Positions 1 to 11,880 of a stretch of 64,000 nucleotides of DNA are shown here, in pieces. The stretch lies in the NCBI GenBank assembly GCA_004022145.1, contig RCNU01000007.1; one strand, written 5' to 3'. Position 1 is the stretch's first letter; each line of letters opens with the position of its first letter. Source of the DNA: Paecilomyces variotii. Taxonomy: Eukaryota. The translations under genes were made by a program, and so were the position numbers. The notes below the pieces were generated by a model. The model did no database searches. It saw nothing but the letters and a program-made list of their open reading frames with translations, and was not told where the DNA came from.

Positions 1-1471
1 GCAACTCCCAAGATGAGGCAGAGCGCAACCAGTCGCGAGCTGGGATCCAGAAACAAAAATGCCGCCGCGGATGCTGCAAGGCAGGCAAACTGGTAGTTTA
101 TGAACCACAGTCCGGACCTCACCGGTCCGATCTTGTTCATGGCTAAGGGAGCAGCCCACGTGCCTGCTAGCTCCGCTACGACAGCACCAATTCTCATACA
201 ACTTACCTCAAGAGAGTTAAATCCAGTATGCAGCAGGTATGTGACCATCTGCGCGCCAAAAGACAAGACGGTGAGGTACAGAACGCTCAATGCAAAAGAA
301 GGGAGACACGCGGGACTGGTTACATATTCCCGCCATGGTTGGAGGGCGCTTTTGGTATAGGTCACTGCTCTTTGCAGGAAGCCTTCATTCATGGGCTCTG
401 ATGGTACATTGTTGTCATCAAGCGCGGAGTCGCGCCCCCGTGCAAGCTCTGGTACTGCTTTGTAGACCTTTTCAAAGTTAGATTTGCCTACCCACATACA
501 GACAGATCTGCTCACCTGAGCAATGGCGAGATACTCCACAAGAACTGAGGATGCATTCAGACAGAAGACCGTCCAGATAGCAGCCCTTGTGGAGAAACTG
601 TCGACAAGTGAAATAAAGACTGGAGCAAATAACTTGCAAAAGAGATCAATACGTCTCATTGATGCATTCAACTCTGGGGTCATTCATCAGTAGCTGTGAT
701 ACCTTCAACAGGTTTAGATTTAGCACTAATTGGAATCTTACCTTGTCTGGGAAGACTAAGGCTATCTGAGACGACAATTACCTGTACAGAATTAGCATGG
801 AGGATTGCCAAGCGATTCCCAGCAGAGAGCAATGAACGTACCCAGTCTCTCTCCACAGCCACTGTATTCACAACAGAAGCCAACTTTTCAATGCAAGCGA
901 GCAGAGCCGCAATTGAGAACAATGGCAACACCACGGCCGAGTTTTTCGATGCCAGAAGGGCAACAAAGCACAAGCAAGAGCCTGCAACAGGTACTCTCTG
1001 CCATACTAGCATCAAGTCAGCGAAATACCTTTGAAGCGTCTATCCAGGATAACCATAAACCTTACCGATTGACTTTCTCAAAACGCTGAGTCTATTCGAC
1101 CGATCAACTAACGACCCCAACCACGAAGACAAAACGATCGCAGCCAACGACCGCACCAGAGCATAGATCGAAGCGTAAAGCAACGTTGCCGGGAAAATTG
1201 AAGCGAGGAACAAAACCGCACCGAATTCGAACATGCGCGAACTCCATGTTGAAAGGAAATGGGAAATATAGAGCCTTCTGCACACGCCTTGAGATGGTGC
1301 GGTTCTATGGTTCGATGAAGTCTCTTCGGGATTCGTAATTAGAGGCGAAGACGAATCGTCGTAGACGACGAGGGAGTCGTCTGTGCTTGAGTGTGCCAAT
1401 TCCTGTGTTTCTGTTCCTGGTGACATATTGTCTGGTTTATAGTGTTTTATTCGATAAATATCATTTCTCAT
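1..1471 (-). CDS. Ferroportin (FPN1/IREG, SLC40) family metal transporter; multi-exon, 3' end runs off the window
   Basis: LYISHFLSTWSSRMFEFGAVLFL...LGSLVDRSNRL, then spliced WQRVPVA...EKLASVVNTVAVERDW and MRRIDLFCKLFAP-type segments typical of ferroportins. GT/AG introns near 1066-1006 and 782-680. Start is ATG 1471 or 1426. Confidence 0.85.
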
Positions 1472-1712
1472 GGAGACCAGGTTCGAGAGACATCTACTTG
1501 AATCTGAATGTTCGTCGTGGGAGATCTTTTACCTCTTAGTGGGTTTCCCGATCGTCCGCGCGTGGTACGAGGCGGCTTTTGAACCGCCCGAGGTCCATGG
1601 TTGAACTCAAGTGAATCCCTATCTAACTATGTCTTTCCAACGAAAATATCTCCGTATCTTGTCTGGTTATATTCATAAGCCTATCGAGAAGTCAGATTGT
1701 AACGCCCTTTTG

Positions 1713-2309
1713 CTACGACAAACTCTCCGCTCTGTTCTTCAAATCGCCCGCCTGGACCTCAAATGCATTCACGAGTTGTTTCCCCAATGTCATCTCAACC
1801 GCTACTCCTCCAAGAACCTGATAATACGTCTCCCAACTATTATACCACGCCGTGTTTTCATCAACAGACACAACCTGGGACACATGCTCAGCAAGCACAA
1901 GCGCCGGTGCCGGGCTATCATAGCGCCAAACGGCAGTGGTCTCTTGGTCCGAGAGACTAGTAATGATCTCGTAGCTCGTAGCCTTGACGTCCGTGGGTGG
2001 GAAGAGGCCCGCATTGGTAAAGCGCATGTGCGACCCCGGCTGGTAGGGAGGCGGGGTGAGCAGCTTAACGTCTATCACAAAGGTATTCCATGAATGGTAA
2101 TTGTCGAAATCAGTGAGGATGCTGTAGACGAGAGAAGCTGGTGCGTGGATGGTCGTGTTGGCACAGGCAGTGAATATCGCGTTTTCTGTGCCATAACTGG
2201 GGGTGGAGAGAATTGGGCAGCCGCTTTCGGCTTCGCCGGCAGATGCGAGAGGAGCAGAAAGGGTGATGATAACGAGCAGAAAGATGATACTTGATAAAGA
2301 TTTCATCAT
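1713..2309 (-). CDS. Secreted START/SRPBCC (polyketide cyclase/dehydrase-like) lipid-binding fold protein
   Basis: 198-aa single-exon ORF; signal peptide (MMKSLSSIIFLLVIITLSAPLASA); IHAPASLVYSILTDFDNYHSWNTF matches the SRPBCC N-terminal pattern. Confidence 0.7.
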   Translation of the reverse strand: MMKSLSSIIFLLVIITLSAPLASAGEAESGCPILSTPSYGTENAIFTACANTTIHAPASLVYSILTDFDNYHSWNTFVIDVKLLTPPPYQPGSHMRFTNAGLFPPTDVKATSYEIITSLSDQETTAVWRYDSPAPALVLAEHVSQVVSVDENTAWYNSWETYYQVLGGVAVEMTLGKQLVNAFEVQAGDLKNRAESLS

Positions 2310-3428
2310 TGTGTACGATGTTTCATCATCTCGGGGTATATCTATTGCTTTTCCCCTCTTCTTCTTCGGGGTTGGCCGCGTAGATATGTTTCAAGAGGAA
2401 AAGAAGACGTTTAAAAAGAGCCCTCGTTGTCTTGAAACAGAAACAGCCTTGGCGGAGCTCAGCCTCATAGTTACTGGCGGCTGTTTAACTAACTTGCAGG
2501 GGTGTCTTTAACTAAACTCTAGGCCTCTTTAACTAGAATCACCCTGATCACGTGTACAGAGCCGCAGACCTCGGGACCAACTAATCCCTTCCCGATTAGG
2601 AACGTCCCCTCGTGGGGGCCATAAGGGACGTCTCTCTCCATCGCTCACCTTTCAATGATGATCAGAAGATGTTCATGTCCGTGCTATGGCACTGGATAGA
2701 GCTACAAACAATCCTATTCTACAGACAGAACTAACCAACGACCGCACAGAAATGCTACAAAACTCCAATCATCAGAGGCAACTACACAGTGTGCTAACGA
2801 ATTCATCCCGAAGAGCCTGGGCTAAAACCTCGTCTCCAGTATGGGCCAGCTAACTAGCTCCAACTTAAGCATCATCCTCCTGCGGGTGCATAATTAGACA
2901 ATGTATTGACTTGGATATTAGGCTCTGCAATCAGCTATCGCGGCGATATAACGCCTACCCTCGCACATTACATGCTAGGCAGTACGGAGGCATCGAGACA
3001 AAAACTTCAGATGATCATACGCGCGGGGCAGGACAGTGATCAGACTATACTGCGACGATCTGTGCTCATCTGAAGCGTATACTAATTTATGGCTTGGCCC
3101 GCGTCTGCATCAGAGAGGAAGGGATTGACAACTCAGAGGGGCCTAATTGAAGTCAAGCGAACTTTGATGACCATGAGGCTGAGTGTGAGGCTCAGTGCAC
3201 CAGACTCCGTGGATTAATATTAATATTTCACTTTTGTACCTCTACAGCGTTGTTGGCTTTTAACTGCAAATGCTATACTTTCCCTCCCTGTCTACAACAA
3301 CCCTCCTCTGTCTGGGTCCTTTTTGTCCCTGATCAGGGTTATACAACTTGATAAATGTGTGTCGATTTCTCAATTCTGCAAGGAAATAATTTTTGATATT
3401 ACTCTCCACTGCATTTAACAGTATCATC

Positions 3429-5420
3429 ATGTCAACAAATTACCAATACTCAGCGCTCAACCATCCGCAAGATTCTGGCGACAACGATCATCTGCCCCAG
3501 CCACAACCAATCAGTGCCAATACACAACCAGATCCCGTGGAAGCAACAACATCAGTTGCAGAGAATAACTCCAGGCGCAGCAGCTCCAGCAGTCATCCAG
3601 AACTTGCAGATGATACCGCACGGACTATGGAGCTCGGTCTGCCGGGACAGTCTCAAATTCCTGAAGAACCAGGAGGAGGCTCTGCATCAGAATCGGCGAA
3701 GGCGGATTCACCAAGTGCAAAGAAGACGCTGAAAGACATCGACTGGGCCGGGTCCTGGGTCTGGGAAATCGGTGGTTCCATCCTCAGTGTGATCTGTGTC
3801 GCCTTGTTGATGGGGTTTCTAGCATATGTGAATGGAATGGCATATGCTAGTTGGCAATATACGATCTCCCCGAACGCAGTGGTCTCCGTGATCACGGCCT
3901 TTGCGAAAGCTGCGATGCTTATTCCTGTTTCTTCCTGTCTTGGTCAGTTGAAGTGGAGACAGGGTCGACATCAGAAACCAATGCGGCTTTATCACTTCTA
4001 CGTCCTCGACCAGGCCAGTCGAGGTCCCTATGGCGCCCTAGAGGTCTTCTGGACAATTGGATCAACTTTAGCCATATTGGGTGCACTGTTAACGGTCTTG
4101 TCAGTTGCTATCGATCCCTTCACACAGCAGATCCTGTCCTTCCCAACACGAGAAGTACAGGCGCATAATGTGACCGCATCGGCTCAAAAAGCACAGGTGT
4201 ACGCCCCTGAGTGGGCGGAGACAACTATTAACACGTTCGAGTTAGAGCCTACAATGCAGACTGCTATATTGACTGGTTTGGCACGGATAAATACACCACT
4301 TCAACCGAATTGTCCGACGGTCCACTGTGACTATCCTGACTTTGTCACTCTTGGGATTTGCACCCAGTGTGAGGATGTCACTGAAAAAACAGTCCAGACC
4401 TGCCATCCACTCTCAAATACTTCTGCAGGTTGGGAGTGGTTTAATAGCTACCCAGAGTATCAACCAATCCCTGCTGACTGTTCCTACTCAACACCCGATG
4501 GATTTCAATTTACCCCTGAACTTATAGCTGCCCTCCCAATGTATGGCGGGTTTAACTTAGAGCGTCAACCATTCACTTCTATTGCAACCTCATCTTCACA
4601 GACGCCCGACGGAGGCCTCCTCGTTTCTTTTTTCTCAGCAAAATACCCCAGCAAGATATACTACCGCGTCAGTAATGTCAGTGCAGTCGAGCCAAAGCCA
4701 ATAATGACGCAATGTTCCGTGCATCTGTGCGAGAAACAGTATACGCAAAACAACGTTTCGACCAATTCCCGTGGTCTTCATCCATCAAGGACCAAACCCC
4801 TAGCCCATTATACTCTGGACATGAATGATAAGACCCTCCTGATACTCGTGCCTGAAAATGGAACCGAGACCCTCTCAAAGAATTCAACTTACAGGCTCGA
4901 TGTGATGTCCTGGCAATCATTCACGAACACGATGAGAATGTTCTTCAACGTCACTTTTCTCCAAGGGAACCCATATACATCTGAAACCTCGTATCCGACC
5001 TTGCCTGGTGTACAGTCAGCGCCGGTTCTTTTCAACAGTGACAATATCACCGACTCGCTAGCTCGCATGGGCGAAAGCATGACTGATAATATTCGCTCAA
5101 GTAACAAAGGAACGCTGGTTAATGGCCGTGCCTTCTTGACTGAAACCTATATTCACGTGCGGTGGCCGTGGACTATTCTTCTGATAGTATCGGTTGCTCT
5201 GGCGATTGTCCACTTTGCAGCTACGGCTATAGCAAGTCGAGGTCAGCCTGTTCTGTGGAAATCTTCTGTGTTTCCATTCCTCGTGGGTCAGTTGGAGACG
5301 GTTCCCGAACATGACATGGCGCGTTTGCGCCGTATGGATCAGGTGTGTTCTATGTCCAGGAAAATCAAGGTAGTGGTGGAGGATCATGATGATGGTCCTC
5401 TTCTATTTGCTGAGCGATGA
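3429..5420 (+). CDS. DUF3176-family fungal membrane glycoprotein
   Basis: Long single-exon ORF; WEI...ISPNAVVS...SSCLGQLKW...DQASRGPYGAL...DPFTQQ motifs; Cys-containing N-glycosylated lumenal region; C-terminal TM helix (YIHVRWPW...WKSS). Confidence 0.8.
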   Translation: MSTNYQYSALNHPQDSGDNDHLPQPQPISANTQPDPVEATTSVAENNSRRSSSSSHPELADDTARTMELGLPGQSQIPEEPGGGSASESAKADSPSAKKTLKDIDWAGSWVWEIGGSILSVICVALLMGFLAYVNGMAYASWQYTISPNAVVSVITAFAKAAMLIPVSSCLGQLKWRQGRHQKPMRLYHFYVLDQASRGPYGALEVFWTIGSTLAILGALLTVLSVAIDPFTQQILSFPTREVQAHNVTASAQKAQVYAPEWAETTINTFELEPTMQTAILTGLARINTPLQPNCPTVHCDYPDFVTLGICTQCEDVTEKTVQTCHPLSNTSAGWEWFNSYPEYQPIPADCSYSTPDGFQFTPELIAALPMYGGFNLERQPFTSIATSSSQTPDGGLLVSFFSAKYPSKIYYRVSNVSAVEPKPIMTQCSVHLCEKQYTQNNVSTNSRGLHPSRTKPLAHYTLDMNDKTLLILVPENGTETLSKNSTYRLDVMSWQSFTNTMRMFFNVTFLQGNPYTSETSYPTLPGVQSAPVLFNSDNITDSLARMGESMTDNIRSSNKGTLVNGRAFLTETYIHVRWPWTILLIVSVALAIVHFAATAIASRGQPVLWKSSVFPFLVGQLETVPEHDMARLRRMDQVCSMSRKIKVVVEDHDDGPLLFAER

Positions 5421-5712
5421 CGTCGACGGTTTACTTGATATTTTATATTTTATATGCATTATTACAGGAGCATGTGGATGGCGACGCTCAGATTATCTAG
5501 CAGGCATTGTATTGTATATAGACCAAGCGGGACAGATCCATAACAGCGTTTCGTTTCCATACAAAAACGGACAGATGCCGTTCCCCATTTTCACCCGCTT
5601 GTTTAATGCAAATTGGATTTAAAGAAATACATGTGTATAGAAAAGATTTGCAGAAAATAGCATCAATCAAGATCCTCTAGGAATAAGACAGATCAGAAAA
5701 AGGAGAAGATTT

Positions 5713-7255
5713 TTACTCCTCGGCCCATCTCAGTCCCTCTCCCGTCTTCACTGTTCGTCGTGCAAGGACCTCTGCCACCTTCTCACGCACACCCTCCTTC
5801 TCGCCCCACTTCTCGACAAACTCGTTGACAGTCTGCTTCCTCGACTTGGAGGTGTCGCGGACGAACTTCTCAATATCCTTCTCGGTAGGAAGGGCGTAGT
5901 GGGCATGGGGGTAACGGTTGTAGTTAGCGTCGTTGATGAGCGGCAGACGAGTCTGGCCCTGTGGGATGTTGAAGAAAGCATCGACGGCCTCGTTGGACAC
6001 CTCGGCCAGGGTAGCAGGTTGCCACTTGGGAGTCGCGGGGGGCTTAGACATCAGACGGGCCTTGACACCTTCGACGAAGTCGTGGTGCTTCATGAACTGT
6101 GCAGCGATGTGGTGCTCTCTCTGGAAAGTTTCGGCGATAGACCACTTCCTTCCAAGGCGGAGCTGGCGGAGAGTCACCTTGAGCGACGTCGGAGAGCGCT
6201 GGGACAGAGTCTCCAGGGTCTTTTGCGCCCACTCCTTCTGCTCTTCCTCGTTCTCGAGCGCCTTGAAGATCTCCTCGACGGTGTTGTACTTGAAGCATCG
6301 GTCGATGGCTTTGCGCAGCTTTCCGGCAAGCTGAATTGGCTCCTGCTGGATGGATGGCAGGCCGGTGGAGAACTCCGCGATGGTCTTGTTGACCAGGTCC
6401 AGACGCTCCGGGAGGGTGGCGTAATCCTTAAACACCAGCTCAGAAAGACGGGCCGTCAGGTTGCTCAACACGCTGGAGTCCAGGTAGTGGGTAGCAATTC
6501 CAGCGTAGAAGGCCTGGACGCCAGAGAGGCGCTCAGAGGTCAAGGCAAGGTATGTTCCCGTCTCGCCGTCCAGACGTGGCAGGAAGAAAGAACCACCAAC
6601 GTCGGGGAAGAATCCAATCGTCGTCTCTGGCATGGCAAAGAGAGTACGCTCGGTAGCAATCCGGAATGGAGCATGTACGCTGAGACCGACACCACCTCCC
6701 ATTGTGATTCCATCCATCACAGCAATGTACGGCTTGGAGTAAGTAGCGATGGCGTGGTCGAGCTGATATTCGAGACCAAAGTAGTCCGCCGATTTCTTCT
6801 GGCCTTCAGGTCCCTGCTCATTCTGCAGAGCAAGCGCGGCAACATCTCCTCCAGCGCAGAAAGCTTTGCTTCCAGCACCGGATACCATGATAATATTGGC
6901 CAGCTGAGATTTCTCCCATTCCTAGTCCACCATTTAGCACCTTGTCACCAACACCCCGGTCCAGATGTAATATACCTTCAGTCTAGGGAGGATCTTGCGC
7001 GCCATTGAACCATTGAGGGAATTGAGCTTCTTTGGTCGGTTAAGCTCAACCGTGCGGACACCGTAAAGAGAGTTGAACAGAACATCGTCGGGTTCATCCC
7101 CAGGGAGCTCCTTTGGAAGCTCAGGAGTCGTCGACGACATCTGCCATACATATCATGTGTCAGTAATGCTTTCCCCATATCACAACGTCCAACTCTTGAC
7201 GTACCCTGGCAGAGGCAGCAAACGCTGGGTTTGTCACTTTGGCGCGCAAAGGCAT
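5713..7255 (-). CDS. ehd3: Mitochondrial 3-hydroxyisobutyryl-CoA hydrolase (crotonase fold; yeast Ehd3 is also mitoribosomal mS47); 3 exons
   Basis: MPLRAKVTNP|MSSTTPE...ELNRPKKLNSLN|...AFCAGGD...MDGITMGGGVG...MPETTIGFFPDVG...DFVEGV; introns ~7204-7141 and ~6975-6922. Confidence 0.93.
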
Positions 7256-7821
7256 CGTTGTTGACCGCGAGAACCAGCTCAGCGGCGTGGGCAACCGGGA
7301 ACAGCTGGGTCGAAGTAACATCAATGGCAACACGGCGCGTTGATAACACTTCGAAAGGGGTATATGAAAGATCGCGCGGGTCGGCACTTATGTGACGTTG
7401 CTTGGTGCTTCGGCTTAAGTACACAGGCTCGAAAAGTCTCTCCGCACAGCGAGAGTTGCCGGCGGTTGACCTCGGAGTTTTCAGTTGATTTTCCGACAAG
7501 CGGGATACAACAACTGTCAACCAATTCATTATTATTTGACTCCGCGTAGCCGCAATTCGGTAGTGATAAATAGTCTCTGTTATAATTCGAAATGGTAAAG
7601 GTGTCGGTTATAGAAAAAAATCACGTTCTATAAGTTCTGGATCCCCCCGTTGCCTGTCATCCGGCCTCGAGGAGCAATACTCTACTCTCTCCGATATTAC
7701 AGCGCAGAGAAAAATAACGGATCAGAGCGATAGAGAAAAGTGTGATAACGTTATTTGATACAAGATGTAGAATATGAAATCGGGAGAAAACATCCCATCG
7801 CTATTTTATTGTACATTGCGT

Positions 7822-8746
7822 TTAGTAACGAGCCTTTGCAGGCTCTGTGCGCAGATCCCTCGAATGCTCCGCAAGGATCTTATCCAGTGCCCGTTTCTCA
7901 ATAATTAGCCTTCCAGTCTCCAGAAGGTCCTTGACATCAACATCATCCCGGTCGAGGATCCGAGCGTGCTCTCCGACTTCTTCAACAGCGCTGAATAGGA
8001 GGTCGTCTCTCTTGTCCGTAATCAGAGTCGATCTTCCATGCTCCCGACCCCATCGGTTGACTTTAAGAATCTCTTTGATCAGATGCGGCGTCGCATCCTC
8101 GGGGATCGTCATCTCATCGTCGACGATAATCAGCTGGCCCCTCTTAAACCGGTAGCTGAGAGCTATCCGCCAGGCCTGGTCGTAAATCTTCTTGGGCAGT
8201 CCAGAGGAGAAATCCCTAGGGTGAGGACCGAAAGCGACACCACCACCCTTTCGAATAGGCGACTTCTTGTCTCCAACACGCGCTTTACCGGTACCCTTCT
8301 GTGGGTGCAGCTTCCTCCCGCTTCCGTGGACGTCGTCTCTCCATTTCGTGCTCGCCGTACCCTGTCGGGTGGCATCACCCTCGTAAACAATAGCGCGATG
8401 AAGGATATCTTTTCGAAGCGGCATGAGAAGATGGCTCTGGGCGTATTCGACGTAACGAAGGGGTTCCATGGAAGGGAACGCATAGAGGGTGGCCTGGACC
8501 GGAGGACGGCTCCACGTTGCTTTCGGGATCTCGATTCCACCTGGTGTAGTAGTGGTCTCTGAAGGTATCTGGGCCTCCGTGGCCATCGATCGTGATGCGA
8601 GGCATCGCTGCTGTTGTCAGATGTTGATGGCCAGGTGAGGAAAAAAAGATTGGGATCCTTACCGTCACAGTCTCGGGGCCATAGATCAGGCCATTTGAGC
8701 CTCTCACAAGAGAGCTCAGCCCCCGAAGAGCTCTGCTTCCAGACAT
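7822..8746 (-). CDS. yml6: Mitochondrial large-subunit ribosomal protein uL4m (YmL6); 2 exons
   Basis: RQGTASTKWRDDVHGSGRKLHPQKGTGKARVG...GGGVAFGPHPRD L4 signature; presequence-like exon 1 (MSGSRALRGLSSLVR); intron ~8662-8611. Confidence 0.92.
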
Positions 8747-8954
8747 TTTGTGACAGACGTTCAACGCTCGCAATGGCACTGTTGAACGCGAACGCTGGTG
8801 AAGCAAAAGTCAGGTCGAGTTCGGAGATCGGGGTGGTTCTGCACTAGCGGAGCCTCAATCCCATAGGCTCCGAGTCGGTTGGCAGCACGACAGAAAAAGT
8901 TCCGCCGGGGAACATCTCGACCATCATCGTCTGCCAACAACAACCCCCAGCGCC

Positions 8955-10272
8955 ATGTCTCACTGCGAGCTGGCTTCGAAGCCGCTGCTTCAATGTCTGC
9001 GGACAACCTACGCTAGAAGTCTTCTGGTCGTCCAGCTCCAGTCGACGCGCGCCTTTGGTTCGACCGCATCCGCGCGAGATGAAGCTCAGGCCGAGTCTGC
9101 AAAGCAGCCCTTCTACAAGGCGCCTGATCCGTCTCTTGTCACAAGCCCTCGACTTGAGAGAAGATTGCTGAAATCCGGTGTCTCTCCGATCGGATCTCGT
9201 CGTCGTCGTGCTGCGTTGCAGGATTCTCCGAACATCCCTTTCGAACAGCTTCCGTATCAATGTTTCCAGGAGGCGCGAAAGATTCTTCTCGCGGACCGCG
9301 AGGAGAAGCTCAAGCAGATTGAGACTGAAAGGGAAAGAATAGCAAGGCTCCGGGAGAAGCCTGCTGAAGAGGCTGGAGGGGAATTGTCCAAGAATTCTAG
9401 ACTAAAGGCCATGGAACATCATCTGGAGCATCTGAAGATTCTCGCAGATATCAACGATCCTGTGGTCAAGAAGCGTTTTGAAGATGGGGAAGGTAGTAAT
9501 CAAGAATATGCCCCGTTCTGCTTCATTTATTGACCATATGCGTTCAGGAGACATGAACAAGCCCATCTACCGATATCTGGCAGACCGGAAGTGGAGAGAG
9601 TACAGACGCCTGATCCTCGTCCAGAGAATTACGCAGATGAAGGTCATTCCCGATGTCCTCCCTCACTGCGATCCCACGGTGGATGTAAAGCTATACTTCA
9701 ACAGACGCGCCGTTCAGCCTGGTGAATTCGTGGACTCTCGCGTCAGCGTTTCTCCCCCAAAATTGAATATTCAATCATTCGAACGCGGCGAGAAGCTCGT
9801 CACCATCGCAGTCGTCGACCCGGACGTTCCCAATGTTGAGGAGAACGGCTTTGACTACAAATTCCACTATCTTGCCGTCAACGTTCCGATTTCGCCTACC
9901 TCTACGCACGTCGACCTCGCCAAACTTGCGCAGGACTCGCAGGTGGTTCTTCCGTGGCTGCCCCCAACCGCCCTCAAGGGAAGCCCCTACCATCGTCTCT
10001 CCCTTTTCGTCATGGAGCAGAAGGACAACAAGCCGCTTGACTTTGCCGCTGTCAAGGAGAAAGAGGTGAACCGTGATGACATGCGCCTTCGCACTCTCCA
10101 GGCCAGATACCACCTGAAGGCCATCGGTGCGCACCTGTTCAGAAACAAGTGGGATGAGGGAACTGCACAGGTTATGGAGCAGCTTGGCATTGAGGGAGCC
10201 GATATTGAGCTCCGGAGGAAGAGAGTTGAGCCTTTGCCTTATAAGCGAAGGAACCCTGCTTCGTTCCGATGA
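8955..10272 (+). CDS. mrpl35: Mitochondrial large-subunit ribosomal protein mL38 (YmL35, PEBP domain); 2 exons
   Basis: IPFEQLPYQCFQEARKIL, ADINDPVVKKRFEDG|DMNKPIYRYL, VDPDVP, KGSPYHR; intron 9493-9547. Confidence 0.92.
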
Positions 10273-10450
10273 TCGACTCGTTATGTCCTTCTACGGAGTG
10301 AGCTCGCTATTGGCAATGCATTGTACTGTACAACTGATATGTATGAATATACACCCTTTTCCCTTCTTCCAATACTCCTAAACACCTTTATCCCAAGTCA
10401 TTTCCCTGTGGTTTGTATTGTACACCGAATCTTCGTGGGCCGATGGGCAT

Positions 10451-11062
10451 TCAATCGTCCGAAAATTGAGCGGGTTGGAACGTGTTCGTAACCCATTGCA
10501 TCTTCGATGGCGGCCAGACCCGAGCAATGATTTTCCCGTTCACCAATCCCAGAGGTACTGGTCCATAGTTTCGCGAATCTCTCGACCAGGGAAGGTTATC
10601 TCCGGCTAGATATACATGTCCTTCGGGGACCTAATTCTCCACAATATCGAATGAGCTTTGAACTACACGCAACCAGAAAACTGTGGAATAAGTCTGACTA
10701 ACCTGTATCATCTCATTCTCTGTCCCAGCTTCCGTACTGAAAGCCGGATCCTTGCACACGAAATCCCCGGGCATTCCTAGCACCCTCTTTGCCCCGTTAA
10801 CACCTAGAAACATGGGATGATAGAATCGCACCACGTCCCCGACCTCAATTCCCTTCCCGTGTTTATGCAGCCGCGAGATAAGAAGGTAATCGCCGCGCGC
10901 GCTGAATGTCGGGTACATTGACGGCCCCTCACTGAGTTGCACAGTGAAGAAGTTCTCCCAGATCAGCGTGCAGGCGCAGAAGATTCCCAGTCCGTCAAGG
11001 CCCAGACGAAAGACCGCACCGGGCGCGGTCCGCCGCAGTATCCGTCGGAAGACACCTTCCAT
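10451..11062 (-). CDS. imp1: Mitochondrial inner membrane peptidase subunit 1 (S26 peptidase); 2 exons
   Basis: GPSMYPT catalytic Ser, AKRVLGMPGD Lys, exon 2 VPEGHVYLAGDNLPWSRDSRNYGPVP; intron ~10702-10631; TGA at 10451-10453. Confidence 0.88.
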
Positions 11063-11280
11063 CTGTGCGAATCAATGATCTCGTCTGTCTTTTCGTATAC
11101 CAGGACTGTCCGATAGCTCATGCTGAGAGGCCGGAGAACGACCGGACGCAATCGCATCATGTGACCGTGGAGCTCTTCGGCTAGTGCGGGCGCCTTAAAT
11201 TACTTTTCTCGTCAATTCTATTTTTCTTTCTCTTTCAACACACCAAACGTCCTGTTGGACGAGACACTGTCCATCTGCAA

Positions 11281-11402
11281 CGCAGTTGATGACGGACTTC
11301 AGCAATTACAGTACCCTTTCAAGTCTTGATACTCGCCTTGGTCTATGTCGATATTCCTACGTGCATAATGGCTGCACTTCACTTCACTCGACGGTCTGAG
11401 CG
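11281..11402 (+). ncRNA. Candidate box C/D snoRNA
   Basis: CGC-ag-TTGATGA (box C, 11286-11292) ... CTGA-GCG (box D, 11396-11399) in kink-turn spacing; outer stem ATCTGCA/TGCAGAT; downstream branch point GCTAAT and TTTTCAG acceptor. Confidence 0.55.
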
Positions 11403-11880
11403 GTCTTGCTGCAGATCAGCTCTTATTGATTGCTGCTAATAATTTTTCAGTTGCTGCGCTTGTCTGTTGTCTTGTCATTGGTCTCTGCTTTATTCGATTT
11501 CTGTTTCCTTTTTCTCTCCATTCCCTTGTGCCATATACTACTAGTATATGGTCATCGCTTCTAAAAATGCTAGAGCTTGCCGTTTCCGAAATTAAACACC
11601 AGGACGAGCAAGTGTGGACAGTGAAGCAAGATTAGAATTATACGTCTCGACTGACCACCACGTGTGGCGAGATATCCCCGAACGCCATCCTCAGCTTTTA
11701 CCCCATTTAGCTATGGGCGTGGGAAGTTGAGAGGTTGTGAGTGGGAGACATCAATCAGATATCAATTATAGTGTTATAGGGATATCTTAGATTTCGAGTA
11801 GCATTCTACAAATTATTGTTTCAATACCAAACGCCTTCAGTAGTAACTCAGTCTGTCGACACACATACGATTTTCACCAT

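Noticed and set aside
5899..7008. 369-aa plus-strand ORF
   Set aside because: Antisense shadow of codon-biased ehd3; no recognisable features
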